IMG/VR virus record: IMGVR_UViG_3300044981_000350
Location: 9,440-73,439 of that record
Length of the DNA stretch: 64,000 nt
Strand: one strand, 5' to 3'
Source: a virus
Shown here: positions 1 through 8,856 of the stretch, piece by piece
Position numbering within the stretch: position 1 is the stretch's first letter
How the letters are laid out: every line of letters begins with the position of its first letter
Position numbers and translations under genes: made by a program
The notes under the pieces: model-generated
What the model was told of the DNA's origin: nothing
The model's input: the letters and a program-made list of their open reading frames with translations, nothing else
The model's database searches: none

Positions 1-257
1 GTTACGACGCTCGTTTGCCTTCGCCTCCGCCAACTCCCCCGCAAGCCGCTGGAGCAAGCGGGCGGCGCGCTCGCGCAGTAGGCCACCAGGCTCGCAGCTC
101 TCGCCCAGATCCTGTATCGCCTCCGCCACTTCCTCTGGCAGGACGGGCGAAGATAGCTGCTCGAGGGCGACGATGGCTTGCCCGATCAGCGCATCGTAAT
201 CGTCACATCTCACGTCGCGACGCTTGGCTCGTAGCGCGGCGATTATGTTTTCGGGCG

Positions 258-563
258 TCATTCGCTCTTCTCCTCTTTCGTCGAGGAGATGGCGGCGTTT
301 GCGGTCAGCGTCAACTCGTGCCGGATCGCCTCGACGGTTCGCAGTGCGTCATCCGCGGCGACGGTGCCGAGCCATCCGATGGCACTCTCTAGCGAGTCGA
401 GAGCTTGCTCGAGTAGCGACCTTAGCGCCCGCTCGCGTTTCTCAACGGCGGCTTCGTGGATGTAGACGTGCGGATCCGTCCGATGCGGACAGTCGGCGTG
501 AAGCGCGCCTGTCGCATGCTTGTACATCGTGATCCGCTCCGGCGGCGGCTTCGGCGCGGTCAT
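258..563 (-). CDS. hypothetical phage protein
   Basis: ATG 563 (MTAPKPPPER...) in a tightly packed leftward gene string. Confidence 0.5.
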   Translation of the reverse strand: MTAPKPPPERITMYKHATGALHADCPHRTDPHVYIHEAAVEKRERALRSLLEQALDSLESAIGWLGTVAADDALRTVEAIRHELTLTANAAISSTKEEKSE

Positions 564-672
564 CGGCGCCTCAGAAGGTACCAGGCGCGATACACGATCG
601 CGCCGAACAGAATGACGAACAACAGGCCTACCCAGGCCACGTCCGCTGCGCTCCAATCGAGGCACTGCGCCA

Positions 673-1281
673 TCACGCACCACCCTTCCCAAGCCCCATC
701 TCGCGCGCGACGGCGCGGATTAGATCAGGCCAGCTCGCAGCAGTGGACCATCGACGGGAGCACTTGTCGATCAGCGCCTCCACATCGAACGCGGGCGCGG
801 CGGCGAAGCGCGCTCTGAGAACGCGCTCGAATGCGTCGATGCCATCGCCGATCGATGCCCAAAGCTTGAGCATCGTTTCCGTCCACCACGCCTCGTCCCG
901 CACCACGGCCGGCGCGGGCGCGGCGAATCGGTGTGCGTTCGCGCGGAGCACGTCGACGCAAGCGACCACGAACGACGCTTTGCCATTGTCGGCTGGTCCG
1001 TGCGCCCAACGCTTGCGCCAGATCTCCTCCGCCATCGCCGCGAAGTCGGGCTCGGGCGCAACGCCCCTTTCCCGCCGGCACTTCTTCTCCCAAGCCTCGT
1101 TCCACGCGCGCTCCTCGTGCGCCGGATAGTTGGGACCGACCGGCTTCTCCACCTCCGCCGGCACTTCCGTGCCCGCTTCGCAGGGCAAAGCGTTGACCAG
1201 CTGGACAAGGGTCTCCTTGTAGCGAACCATCGGGTCTTCGAGCATCGCCAGTATCGCGTCTCGGTCGGCCTTCTTGATCAT
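673..1281 (-). CDS. hypothetical phage protein
   Basis: MIKKADRDAIL...; start overlaps the stop of the upstream gene (ATGA). Confidence 0.6.
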   Translation of the reverse strand: MIKKADRDAILAMLEDPMVRYKETLVQLVNALPCEAGTEVPAEVEKPVGPNYPAHEERAWNEAWEKKCRRERGVAPEPDFAAMAEEIWRKRWAHGPADNGKASFVVACVDVLRANAHRFAAPAPAVVRDEAWWTETMLKLWASIGDGIDAFERVLRARFAAAPAFDVEALIDKCSRRWSTAASWPDLIRAVAREMGLGKGGA

Positions 1282-1640
1282 GCGCCTTTTCCTCCCTTGA
1301 TCACTTTCAACTCTGGTAGCCCCTTGAGCCGCCTCTTCATCTGACGCACATCCCACGGCTCGGATTCATTCTTCCGCGCCGGTTTCTTCAACGGCGCCCC
1401 ATCACTCCGGCGCCGAATCTCCGGCATCGGCGGCGCCGCGAGCGGGTTACCCGCCCGGGATTCGACTACGATCTGAGCCCGCGCCAAGGTCGCCAGCCGA
1501 ATGAAGTCGGCCGGTGTGATGCCCTGGATTTTGGCCGCCTTGATCACGAACTCCACCTCGACGTTAGTAAGCCCGAGGCCGTTGAAGCAAGGGGGCTGAA
1601 GTCTCATCCGCGTCTCATCTGGGGTTGCCTTGGGTTTCAT
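1278..1640 (-). CDS. putative ribbon-helix-helix DNA-binding protein (DUF1778-like)
   Basis: LTNVEVEFVIKAAKIQGITPADFIRLATLARA resembles the RHH helix pattern; divergent from the helicase gene. Confidence 0.5.
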   Translation of the reverse strand: MKPKATPDETRMRLQPPCFNGLGLTNVEVEFVIKAAKIQGITPADFIRLATLARAQIVVESRAGNPLAAPPMPEIRRRSDGAPLKKPARKNESEPWDVRQMKRRLKGLPELKVIKGGKGA

Positions 1641-1680
1641 CCGGGCGGCGCCGCAACCCGTGGAATCTTGGGGAAAAGCC

Positions 1681-1709
1681 TTGCGCACAGCGGGTGTGCT
1701 CGGTAGCTT
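1681..1709 (+). promoter_or_regulatory. sigma70-like promoter TTGCGC-17-TAGCTT
   Basis: Exact 17-nt spacing; identical hexamers recur at 5300-5328. Confidence 0.6.
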
Positions 1710-1782
1710 TACTTGCTCGGGCGGGCCCGTCAATGGGCCGCGGGCAACTTTTCTCTGAAAGGCGGCGAGACGATGGTGGTAC

Positions 1783-3201
1783 GTGGCTAAGGCCCCGCCG
1801 AAGGCGCAGAAACCCACCGGCCCCAAAGCTTCGAGCTTTGTGGATTGGCAGGATCTTCTCATCCGAACCAAGCGAGGGGAGCCCGTCTCGTGCTCGTTGA
1901 ACGTTCAGATCGCACTCGAGAACGACCCCCAGTGGGCGGGCCTCTTCGCATACAACACCTTCGTCGGTGAGATCGAGGCACTACGGGAACCGCCGTGGCC
2001 CCGCAGCCTTCAGCCGGGCGAGGCGCCTACCAAAACCGAGGTCCGGCGGTACTGGACCGAGGAAGACAACATCCGGCTCGCGATGTGGCTCACCGAGCGG
2101 TTGCGGATCCCGATCGGCAAGAACGAGGTACGTGATGCCCTCATCATCCTCGCGCGGCAACGGCCCTTCCACCCGGTCCATGAGTGGCTCGAGGGACTCA
2201 AGTGGGATGGGAAGGAACGGCTCGGGGGCTTCCTGATACGCCACGCCGGGGTGGTCGATGAGCACGTGATCCGATCCGTCACCGCGAAGTGGATGATCGG
2301 CCTCGTGAAGCGGATCTACGAGCCCGGGTGCATCTTCCGCATGGTGTTGATCTTGGAGGGTGAACAGGACACACGGAAGTCATCCGCGCTCGAAGCCTTG
2401 GTGCCGAACCGCGAGTGGTTCATGGCCTTCACCGCCAACATGGCCGACAAGGATGCCTACCAGGTTTTGCGGGGGGCTTGGCTCGTCGAGTTGGCCGAGC
2501 TCGACTCCCTCAACAAAACCGGCACCAGCGCGATCAAAGGGTTCATCTCCAACCCCACCGACAAGTACCGACCGAGCTACGGCAAAGGGCCGATCCTATT
2601 CCCCCGCCAGTGCGGCTTCGGGGGCACCACGAACGAGCACGACTACCTGAAGGATATGACGGGGAACACGCGCTTCTACCCCGTCACGATCACCCGGGCG
2701 GTGAACGTGGAGGCGATCGTGAAAGAGCGAGATCAGCTCTGGGCCGAGGCCGTGGCTCGCTACAAAAAGGGGGAGCCCTGTTACATCACCGACGCTGGGG
2801 TGAAGAAGAAGCTCGCTGACCGCGTCGAGGAGCGACGGCAGATCCACCCCTGGGAGGAGGAGGTAGCGAAGTGGCTCGCGAAGCTACCACCCCCGCGGCG
2901 GAAGGGAGGCATCACCGTCAACGACATCTTGAAGGGGGCCCTCCAGAAGCACACCGCCGACTTCAAACAGGGGGATACCCAGACGATCGCGGCGATTCTA
3001 CGGACCCTCGGGTGGACGAAGGATGGCCGAAAAGAGAGCCTCCGCCCCGACGGAAAGCGCGACTACCTGTACTTCGCACCGCCAGCGGCCGCGGGTTCGG
3101 GGTTGCGGGTCGTAACCCCGTTGGGGCGTTTAGCCGAGAAAAATCTAGACACCCAAGACAGCCCTAGACGAACGAATGGTCGAAATCCGGCCGAAAACTG
3201 A
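1783..3201 (+). CDS. VapE/VirE-like (virulence-associated E) replicative helicase
   Basis: FHPVHEWL, WDGKERL, P-loop-like GEQDTRKS, VELAELD, YRPSYG, FGGTTN, DMTGNTRF, RDQLWAEA. Confidence 0.85.
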   Translation: MAKAPPKAQKPTGPKASSFVDWQDLLIRTKRGEPVSCSLNVQIALENDPQWAGLFAYNTFVGEIEALREPPWPRSLQPGEAPTKTEVRRYWTEEDNIRLAMWLTERLRIPIGKNEVRDALIILARQRPFHPVHEWLEGLKWDGKERLGGFLIRHAGVVDEHVIRSVTAKWMIGLVKRIYEPGCIFRMVLILEGEQDTRKSSALEALVPNREWFMAFTANMADKDAYQVLRGAWLVELAELDSLNKTGTSAIKGFISNPTDKYRPSYGKGPILFPRQCGFGGTTNEHDYLKDMTGNTRFYPVTITRAVNVEAIVKERDQLWAEAVARYKKGEPCYITDAGVKKKLADRVEERRQIHPWEEEVAKWLAKLPPPRRKGGITVNDILKGALQKHTADFKQGDTQTIAAILRTLGWTKDGRKESLRPDGKRDYLYFAPPAAAGSGLRVVTPLGRLAEKNLDTQDSPRRTNGRNPAEN

Positions 3202-3395
3202 TGCTCTGTCTAGAGTCTAGGGTGTCTAAGGTGTTTATAGAAACTATTCCAAGAGACATAGGTGGTGGGGGTGGTGGTGTGTTCTGGGGAGCTCCAGCCC
3301 GAAATCGCCTAGACAGCTAGACAAGTTAGACTCGTGAATCATCTCGCGTAGTTACAACGAAAATGGGGTTAGACACCCCCAAGACACCCTAGACC
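3145..3395. repeat. cluster of (C/T)TAGAC(A) and CAAGACA repeats in both orientations; candidate replication origin
   Basis: About a dozen copies at 3145-3170, 3207-3234 (inverted), 3309-3331 and 3369-3395, spanning the helicase gene end. Confidence 0.6.
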
Positions 3396-3414
3396 AACGG
3401 TAGAGGAATAAAAC

Positions 3415-3768
3415 ATGGGGATCATTGAAGAAATCGAAAAATGGCTCGAAGGCCGGGGGCAGTGGTGGTCCCCCGAAGGGAAGAACCTGTTGATCCGAGC
3501 GGTGGCGCGCCTCCGCGAGCTCGAAGGAGCCGCCCACAAACCGGAGGGGCCGAGCGCATCGAGCGTCTTTTTGGACCTCACCAAAGTGGTGGTCGATCTA
3601 CGGAAGCGGATCGAAGCGCTTGAGGCCCGCGAGGAAGCGCGGGGCGGGGCGCGGGCCGCCGAGGAGGTGCGTAGGCCCATGCCGAAGGCGCAACCGACAT
3701 GCCCCGGGGCCCGCGAATTCCGGTCGGACCTCGACGATGACATGCGCTATGAAAGCGTCGCCGAATGA
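3415..3768 (+). CDS. hypothetical protein
   Basis: GAGG RBS and ATG; coiled-coil-like segment. Confidence 0.55.
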   Translation: MGIIEEIEKWLEGRGQWWSPEGKNLLIRAVARLRELEGAAHKPEGPSASSVFLDLTKVVVDLRKRIEALEAREEARGGARAAEEVRRPMPKAQPTCPGAREFRSDLDDDMRYESVAE

Positions 3769-3952
3769 CTACGCCCCTCGACCTCCACACCGCTTACTTG
3801 AACTACCGGGCCCTCCTCGCTCGTGAGCAATGTCGGATCTGCGGTCGTACGCAAGATGTCGACGTGCACTTCCCGCCGAGCGACTTAGGGGCTCCGGCGG
3901 AGCTCCGAGTGCGGTGCCCGGAGCACGTCAACAGCCCGATGCCGAAGGCGCC

Positions 3953-3981
3953 TTGACGCCCCGCCCGTCTCAAAGTAGTCT
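3953..3981 (+). promoter_or_regulatory. sigma70-like promoter TTGACG-17-TAGTCT
   Basis: Near-consensus hexamers, 17-nt spacer, mostly intergenic. Confidence 0.55.
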
Positions 3982-4033
3982 CAATTCCAGACGCTCGACG
4001 TTCCTTTCCCCGGGAGACTTCGGCGGCTCGCTC

Positions 4034-4074
4034 GACACCCCCCACGCCTCGCCGCCTGGGGGGTGTTGCCTTTT
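4034..4074 (+). terminator. intrinsic terminator-like hairpin
   Basis: GACACCCCCCA / TGGGGGGTGTT 11-bp stem followed by GCCTTTT. Confidence 0.55.
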
Positions 4075-4786
4075 GAGCCCTATTGAGGCGCTTCCCGCTT
4101 GCGCAGCCATAACCGGGCGGTACCATAAACCCCGATGCATCGTTGGGGTTGGGTTCTCATCGTGGCCCGTTGGTTCGGTTGGCGCCCCTGATGCGCGGGT
4201 TGACCGCCCTCGAAGCCGAGGTGTTGGCCCTCGCAGCATCGCCCCCGACGATTCGGGTCATCGCCGACCGCGACCAACGGGTTGCCGCGGAGGCCCTCGT
4301 AGCCGCCGGACGTGCCTACTTCGTGCCGGCCCCCGAATATGGGGCGAACGCCCGGCGGTTATTTCCGACCGCCGAGGGGCGGGTGGCGCTCATGATCCAT
4401 CGGTTCCTTCGGGTCGAGGCCTAGGTGGTTGAACACCCCGGGGCCCTATTCGTGCTGATCCTGACGATTGCCGTTTGGGTCGCCGTCATGGCGATCCCCA
4501 CCGAGAAAGATTGAGGGCCCCATGGGTGATACCGACCAGACGAAGAAAAAGCCCGAGCCGGTCATCCCGATCGGCCCCATCACCGCCTGCATCGCGGCAG
4601 CGCAGCATCGGCTTTCGGTGAGTAAGTGCGGTCGGTCGGTCGAGAAGGAATTTATCTTCACCGACGCCGACTACGCGGTGGGGGCTTACGACCGGGCGGT
4701 GCGGAACATCCCCCCGACGGCGTTGGCCGCATGCCCTGACTGCATCAAGGTGCGGCGTCGTGAGGTTGAAGAGGATTCGACCAGCC

Positions 4787-5281
4787 GTGCAAAATAGTTG
4801 GTGGCTCGCCGGCCTGGGGCTGTTGATGGTAGGGTGCATGCCCGCAGCCCCGGCCACCGCCTACCGGGTTTGCTTCTCCTCGAATTTTACCCCCGCCGAA
4901 ATCGAAGCCGGGCTTGGTGCCGTCGACGATTGGGTTTGGAACATCCCAGAATTGAAAATGCAAGCGGTAACCGGTGGTGAATGCCCCCTCGAGAACGCCG
5001 GGGGCCCGGTCATCGACGTAGCCCCCGGCGCTCTCAACGAAGGCACCGGCGGCCTGACCTACTACTACCGGAACTACGACCGTGAATTTGCTACCGTGAC
5101 GATCGATACGTGGCTCGAGGGGCAACCCGGGTTCACGTTGCAACAGGTGTTCGCTCACGAGTTCGGGCATGGCATGGGGTTGGCGCACACCGGGCCCGGC
5201 ACGATCATGTGCTGGTCGACCGCATGCCAATCGCCGGGGGTTACCATTGGGGATGTCGCGCAGTGGCGGTCGATTCGTTGA
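4787..5281 (+). CDS. matrixin/metzincin-type Zn metalloprotease, probable lipoprotein
   Basis: HEFGHGMGLAH plus Met-turn TIM; N-terminal hydrophobic stretch ending LMVGC. Confidence 0.8.
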   Translation: MQNSWWLAGLGLLMVGCMPAAPATAYRVCFSSNFTPAEIEAGLGAVDDWVWNIPELKMQAVTGGECPLENAGGPVIDVAPGALNEGTGGLTYYYRNYDREFATVTIDTWLEGQPGFTLQQVFAHEFGHGMGLAHTGPGTIMCWSTACQSPGVTIGDVAQWRSIR

Positions 5282-5299
5282 GGCGTTGCGTTTTTCTAC

Positions 5300-5328
5300 T
5301 TGCGCCCGCTAGGGTGATGGTTTAGCTT
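5300..5328 (+). promoter_or_regulatory. sigma70-like promoter TTGCGC-17-TAGCTT for the replication operon
   Basis: Same hexamers and spacing as 1681-1709. Confidence 0.6.
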
Positions 5329-5428
5329 CACATCTCACCGGCGGGGATGGAACCCCGCACGAAGGCCGCCAAACACGCCGCCTTGGTTTCTTTGAGCGAG
5401 CCACCGAAAAGTCACCGGAGGAATCGAG

Positions 5429-5581
5429 ATGCCGAAGGATAAGGCGAAGTTCGTTCAGATCATGGCCGACGACGGGAGCTTGTTCGCTCTCGATTCAGAT
5501 GGCCGAGTGTGGGAACTCGACGGCGAGGAGGATTGTTGGTGCCCGCTCACCGACAAGCGCGAAACCGACGGGGATAACTGA
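5429..5581 (+). CDS. small acidic hypothetical protein (50 aa)
   Basis: GGAGG RBS, MPKDKAKFVQIMADDGSLFALDSDGRVW...; TGATG-coupled to the next gene. Confidence 0.55.
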   Translation: MPKDKAKFVQIMADDGSLFALDSDGRVWELDGEEDCWCPLTDKRETDGDN

Positions 5582-6390
5582 TGCCCGTCTCCGCCACCGC
5601 CCTCGAGTTCGACACGCATCTTCGGATGCTGCTGATGTCCCCTCCGAAGGTCGGCAAATCGACCCACGTCATCTCCACGAGCCCGGGCCCCGTGCGGGTT
5701 CTGCTCTGCGAATCCGACACCGCCCTCCGCGGGGCCCAACGGGAGTCGAAAAACTTCGACTTCGAGCGCATCACCGGGTGGGATTCGATGATGAAAGCCG
5801 TCGTCGAGGCCAAACGGGATGCGAAGGCCGGCGCCATCAAAACCGTGGTGGTTGACCCCATCACCACCTTCGCCGATCGGCTCCTCGCCGAGTGCGTGCA
5901 TGCGACCCTCACCAAGGAGGGGAACGAAGATGGGCGTAAGGCCCATCCCGAGTTCACCAAGCGGATCGTGCATCTCGTCGACCTCCTCATGACGATCCCG
6001 GCCCACCTCGTCGTGATCGCCCACCACATGGAGACCGGCGGTGACGACGATGGGAAGAAGCTCGGCATGGGGTTGGTACCGCTCATGCCCAACACCGCCT
6101 CCCGTACGAAGCTCGGTGCCATGTTTTACGACGTCGTATGGATGGACATCGCCAAGGCGGGGCAACCCGAGTACCGCGGCCGCACGTTCGTGACGGGGCC
6201 TGATGGCTGTTGGGGCCCCGGATGCAGAAGCTTGGCGGTCAACGACAAGCTGCCGGCCCATATCGGGGAATTCATCAAGGCGATGAAGGCGGGGGAGACC
6301 GGGGCTGCGAAGAAGATAAACGGGGCCGCGTCGACGACGGGGAAACCATTCACGGCGTCATCCAAGCCGCAAGCGCAGGTGCGCCGATGA
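5581..6390 (+). CDS. AAA_24 / Sak4-like ATPase (recombination or ssDNA annealing)
   Basis: SPPKVGKST Walker A, TVVVDPIT Walker B, HLVVIAH; upstream of an SSB-like gene. Confidence 0.75.
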   Translation: MPVSATALEFDTHLRMLLMSPPKVGKSTHVISTSPGPVRVLLCESDTALRGAQRESKNFDFERITGWDSMMKAVVEAKRDAKAGAIKTVVVDPITTFADRLLAECVHATLTKEGNEDGRKAHPEFTKRIVHLVDLLMTIPAHLVVIAHHMETGGDDDGKKLGMGLVPLMPNTASRTKLGAMFYDVVWMDIAKAGQPEYRGRTFVTGPDGCWGPGCRSLAVNDKLPAHIGEFIKAMKAGETGAAKKINGAASTTGKPFTASSKPQAQVRR

Positions 6391-6581
6391 AGATCATCAT
6401 CGAAGGCAAGCAGGGTGAAGGCAAGAGCCGCCTCGCTTCTCACGTCGCGGCGGCGCTCATGACGATGGGCTTCACCGTTCACCTCTACGACCGTGAGTCG
6501 GAAGGAAATGGAGACCCCGTGAGATCAGGGCCGGCCATCAACAAGAAGTTCGCCCGAATCTTCGTAAGGCAAACACCATGA
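6387..6581 (+). CDS. small P-loop-containing protein
   Basis: MKIIIEGKQGEGKS; only 64 aa. Confidence 0.5.
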   Translation: MKIIIEGKQGEGKSRLASHVAAALMTMGFTVHLYDRESEGNGDPVRSGPAINKKFARIFVRQTP

Positions 6582-7008
6582 ACCGCTGGCAACACTTCTA
6601 CGATCTCGCCGCCGCTCAACTCGCGGTCACCTACGCCCAAACCCGCAACTTCGACGTCGCCGAGAAAATCGCGGCGGCGAAACGGATGGCGGCCGATGCG
6701 AAGGCGTTTGCGGATGCTTTCAAACAGGTCGAGGAGGCAGCCTTCGATCCGGAAGCTACTGAGGAGCAAGCAACTGAGCGGCTTCGGCGTCAGTTGGGGT
6801 TACCTCCGAGCCTCGTGCCGGTGACGAGTTCACTCCACGGCCCTAAACTCGCGGGTGTCATTCCCGTCGATGAGCCTCTCGGTGAGGCATCTCGCACCGC
6901 CACCCTTATCGCCGGCGACGACTAAAAACTTTGGCGAGATGCTTCGGCCATCGCCAGAGCCACTGCAACGAAAACGCATCCATCATCAGGAACACACACC
7001 AAACACCA

Positions 7009-7611
7009 ATGACCCAGACTCAGAACCACCAGAACAGCGGCGGCACCTACGCGGGCGCCAACTTCGAGCCCATGTCCTACGACGTCGAGGAGATCCAACC
7101 GGACGCCTACGACGGCGAGTACGAGGCGACGATCGAGAAGGTCGCCTTCAAGGGTACGAAGAGTAAGAACCAGCCGATGATCGAGCTCACGTGGAAACTC
7201 ACCGGAACCGAAGACGATTCCGAGAACTGCCAGAAGAGCATCGGCGCCCAGGTCCGCGACTGGATCGTTCTCGCGAACGACCGGTCGGGGAACCGCGGCA
7301 AGGTCAAGCTCCGCGTCCTCCGGGACACACTCGGGTTGGATCCCGACGTGCTCCCGACCCAGATCAGCTCATTCGATGACCTCGCGGAGCTCGGCAACGC
7401 GCTCAAGGGCCAGTCGATGAAGGTCTGGATCTCGACCAACATGGACCCCGACGGCAACGTCCGGACGAACATCAACTACGCGGCCCCGCGCGGCGCGTCG
7501 ACGATGGCTCCGATGGGCGACGAAGAGGCCGAAGTCGAGGAGAAGCCGGCCCCCAAGGCGGCCAAGGCGAAGCCCGGGCTCCCGAAGGCCGCCAAGGGCG
7601 CTCGCCGCTAA
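7009..7611 (+). CDS. phage ssDNA-binding protein (DUF669-like)
   Basis: GEYEATIEKV..K.NQPMIELTWKL pattern; low-complexity tail; follows the AAA_24 gene. Confidence 0.65.
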   Translation: MTQTQNHQNSGGTYAGANFEPMSYDVEEIQPDAYDGEYEATIEKVAFKGTKSKNQPMIELTWKLTGTEDDSENCQKSIGAQVRDWIVLANDRSGNRGKVKLRVLRDTLGLDPDVLPTQISSFDDLAELGNALKGQSMKVWISTNMDPDGNVRTNINYAAPRGASTMAPMGDEEAEVEEKPAPKAAKAKPGLPKAAKGARR

Positions 7612-7614
7612 GAA

Positions 7615-7785
7615 TTCGGGGGCCTGTTATTGTGCGCTGCGCGCTTCCGCAAACCCCGCAGCCAACCAATCGGGCCAACGATGCCTGCTCCTCCCTCCAG
7701 GCGCGAATGAGGGGGGCCCCTTCGGGGGTTTGGGATCTGGGTTTGAAGGCCCGGCGCCGCGTTCGACTCCGGCAGATCCCTCCGA
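7615..7785 (+). ncRNA. candidate structured RNA ending in a tRNA-like acceptor stem plus T-arm
   Basis: GGGATCTG(7732-7739)/CAGATCCC(7773-7780) stem, GTTCGACTC T-loop, CCCC-TTCG-GGGG tetraloop hairpin. Confidence 0.4.
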
Positions 7786-7813
7786 CGATTGCGCTTTCAA
7801 CCAAGGAATTTCC

Positions 7814-8146
7814 ATGCCCAAAGGATTCGGTTCGCTCACCCCCGAACGTCGCCGCGAGATTTCATCCGCCGGCGGTAAAGCCGCCCACGCCGCGGGTACG
7901 GCCCATCGCTTCTCGAGCCAAGAGGCGAAGGCCGCCGGGCGGATCGGTGGGTTGAAGGCACGGAAGCGCCAGTTAGCGCTTGATGCCTTGGCGACGCCGC
8001 CGGTCACCTACGCGGATTGTCCGGCGACCGAGCCGCCGCCTCCAGCCGCTCCGACGGAGCCCGCGCCAGCCCCGGCCGATCCGCAAGCGGCGCTCGATGC
8101 CGCCGAGATCCAACACGTTTACGATGAGGCGACGGCCCGATCATGA
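7814..8146 (+). CDS. KGG-repeat stress-induced protein with Pro-rich tail
   Basis: GFGSLTPERRREISSAGGKAAH..GTAHRFSSQEAKAAGRIGG. Confidence 0.75.
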   Translation: MPKGFGSLTPERRREISSAGGKAAHAAGTAHRFSSQEAKAAGRIGGLKARKRQLALDALATPPVTYADCPATEPPPPAAPTEPAPAPADPQAALDAAEIQHVYDEATARS

Positions 8147-8751
8147 GGACGGATACCCTCGTGGGGATTCAAGATGATCGGCCGACACCGCCGGTGCCCT
8201 ACCCGGCCGCGCGGGGCCAATCTCGGCGCGGCGACCGCATCGTCACGGCCTCCGGGGTTGCCTTCTGGCCGCTCGATCCACTGCCCGCCGAGATTCGGTT
8301 GAGTGATATCGCATCGGCCCTCTCGAAGTTGTGCCGCTTCGGGGGCCACATCGAAGGTGATGTTGCCTACTCCGTCGCGCAGCACTCGGTGTTGGTGGCT
8401 CTCTCGTTGCCGCAACACCTTCGAGCGCAGGGGCTTCTCCACGATGCTGCCGAAGCCTATCTTGTCGATGTACCGAGGCCCATCAAGAAGTACCTCGTGA
8501 ACTACGAGGTGATCGAGGCACGGCTCGCGGCGGCCATCGGGGATCGCTTCGGGTTGGAGCTCTGCGAGCTTCCACCTGAGGTCAAGCTGGCGGATGAACG
8601 AGCGCTCATGACCGAGAAACGCGACTTGCTCGTGCCGCCGCCGTTCAAGTGGGGCAACGCCGAGCCGTGGAAAGCCCGGATCCAACCGTGGTCACCGGCG
8701 GAGGCGCGCAAGGCGTTTTTGGGGCTCGCCGGAAAGTTAGGGTTGCGGTGA
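8143..8751 (+). CDS. HD-domain 5'-deoxynucleotidase (YfdR-like)
   Basis: DIASALSKLCRFGGH, YSVAQHS, LLHDAAEAYL.DVPRPIK, VKLADERAL.TE. Confidence 0.85.
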   Translation: MRTDTLVGIQDDRPTPPVPYPAARGQSRRGDRIVTASGVAFWPLDPLPAEIRLSDIASALSKLCRFGGHIEGDVAYSVAQHSVLVALSLPQHLRAQGLLHDAAEAYLVDVPRPIKKYLVNYEVIEARLAAAIGDRFGLELCELPPEVKLADERALMTEKRDLLVPPPFKWGNAEPWKARIQPWSPAEARKAFLGLAGKLGLR

Positions 8752-8856
8752 GCAACCGGATTTTCTACATCTGGCTTACGGTCGGGTGGATCCTCGCTTT
8801 CGGAGCGGTCGCTTTCGGTCAGACGAAGCCGGCGTCGGCCCCCTGCCCGTTCCCGC

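Noticed and set aside
3145-3395. CRISPR array
   Set aside because: Repeats are only 6-7 bp, irregularly spaced and in both orientations; no cas genes
6387-6581. Packaging ATPase
   Set aside because: Has a Walker A motif but is only 64 aa and sits in the replication operon
7732-7784. Canonical tRNA gene
   Set aside because: Only about 53 nt with no D-arm, no 7-nt anticodon loop and no CCA; kept only as a tRNA-like candidate
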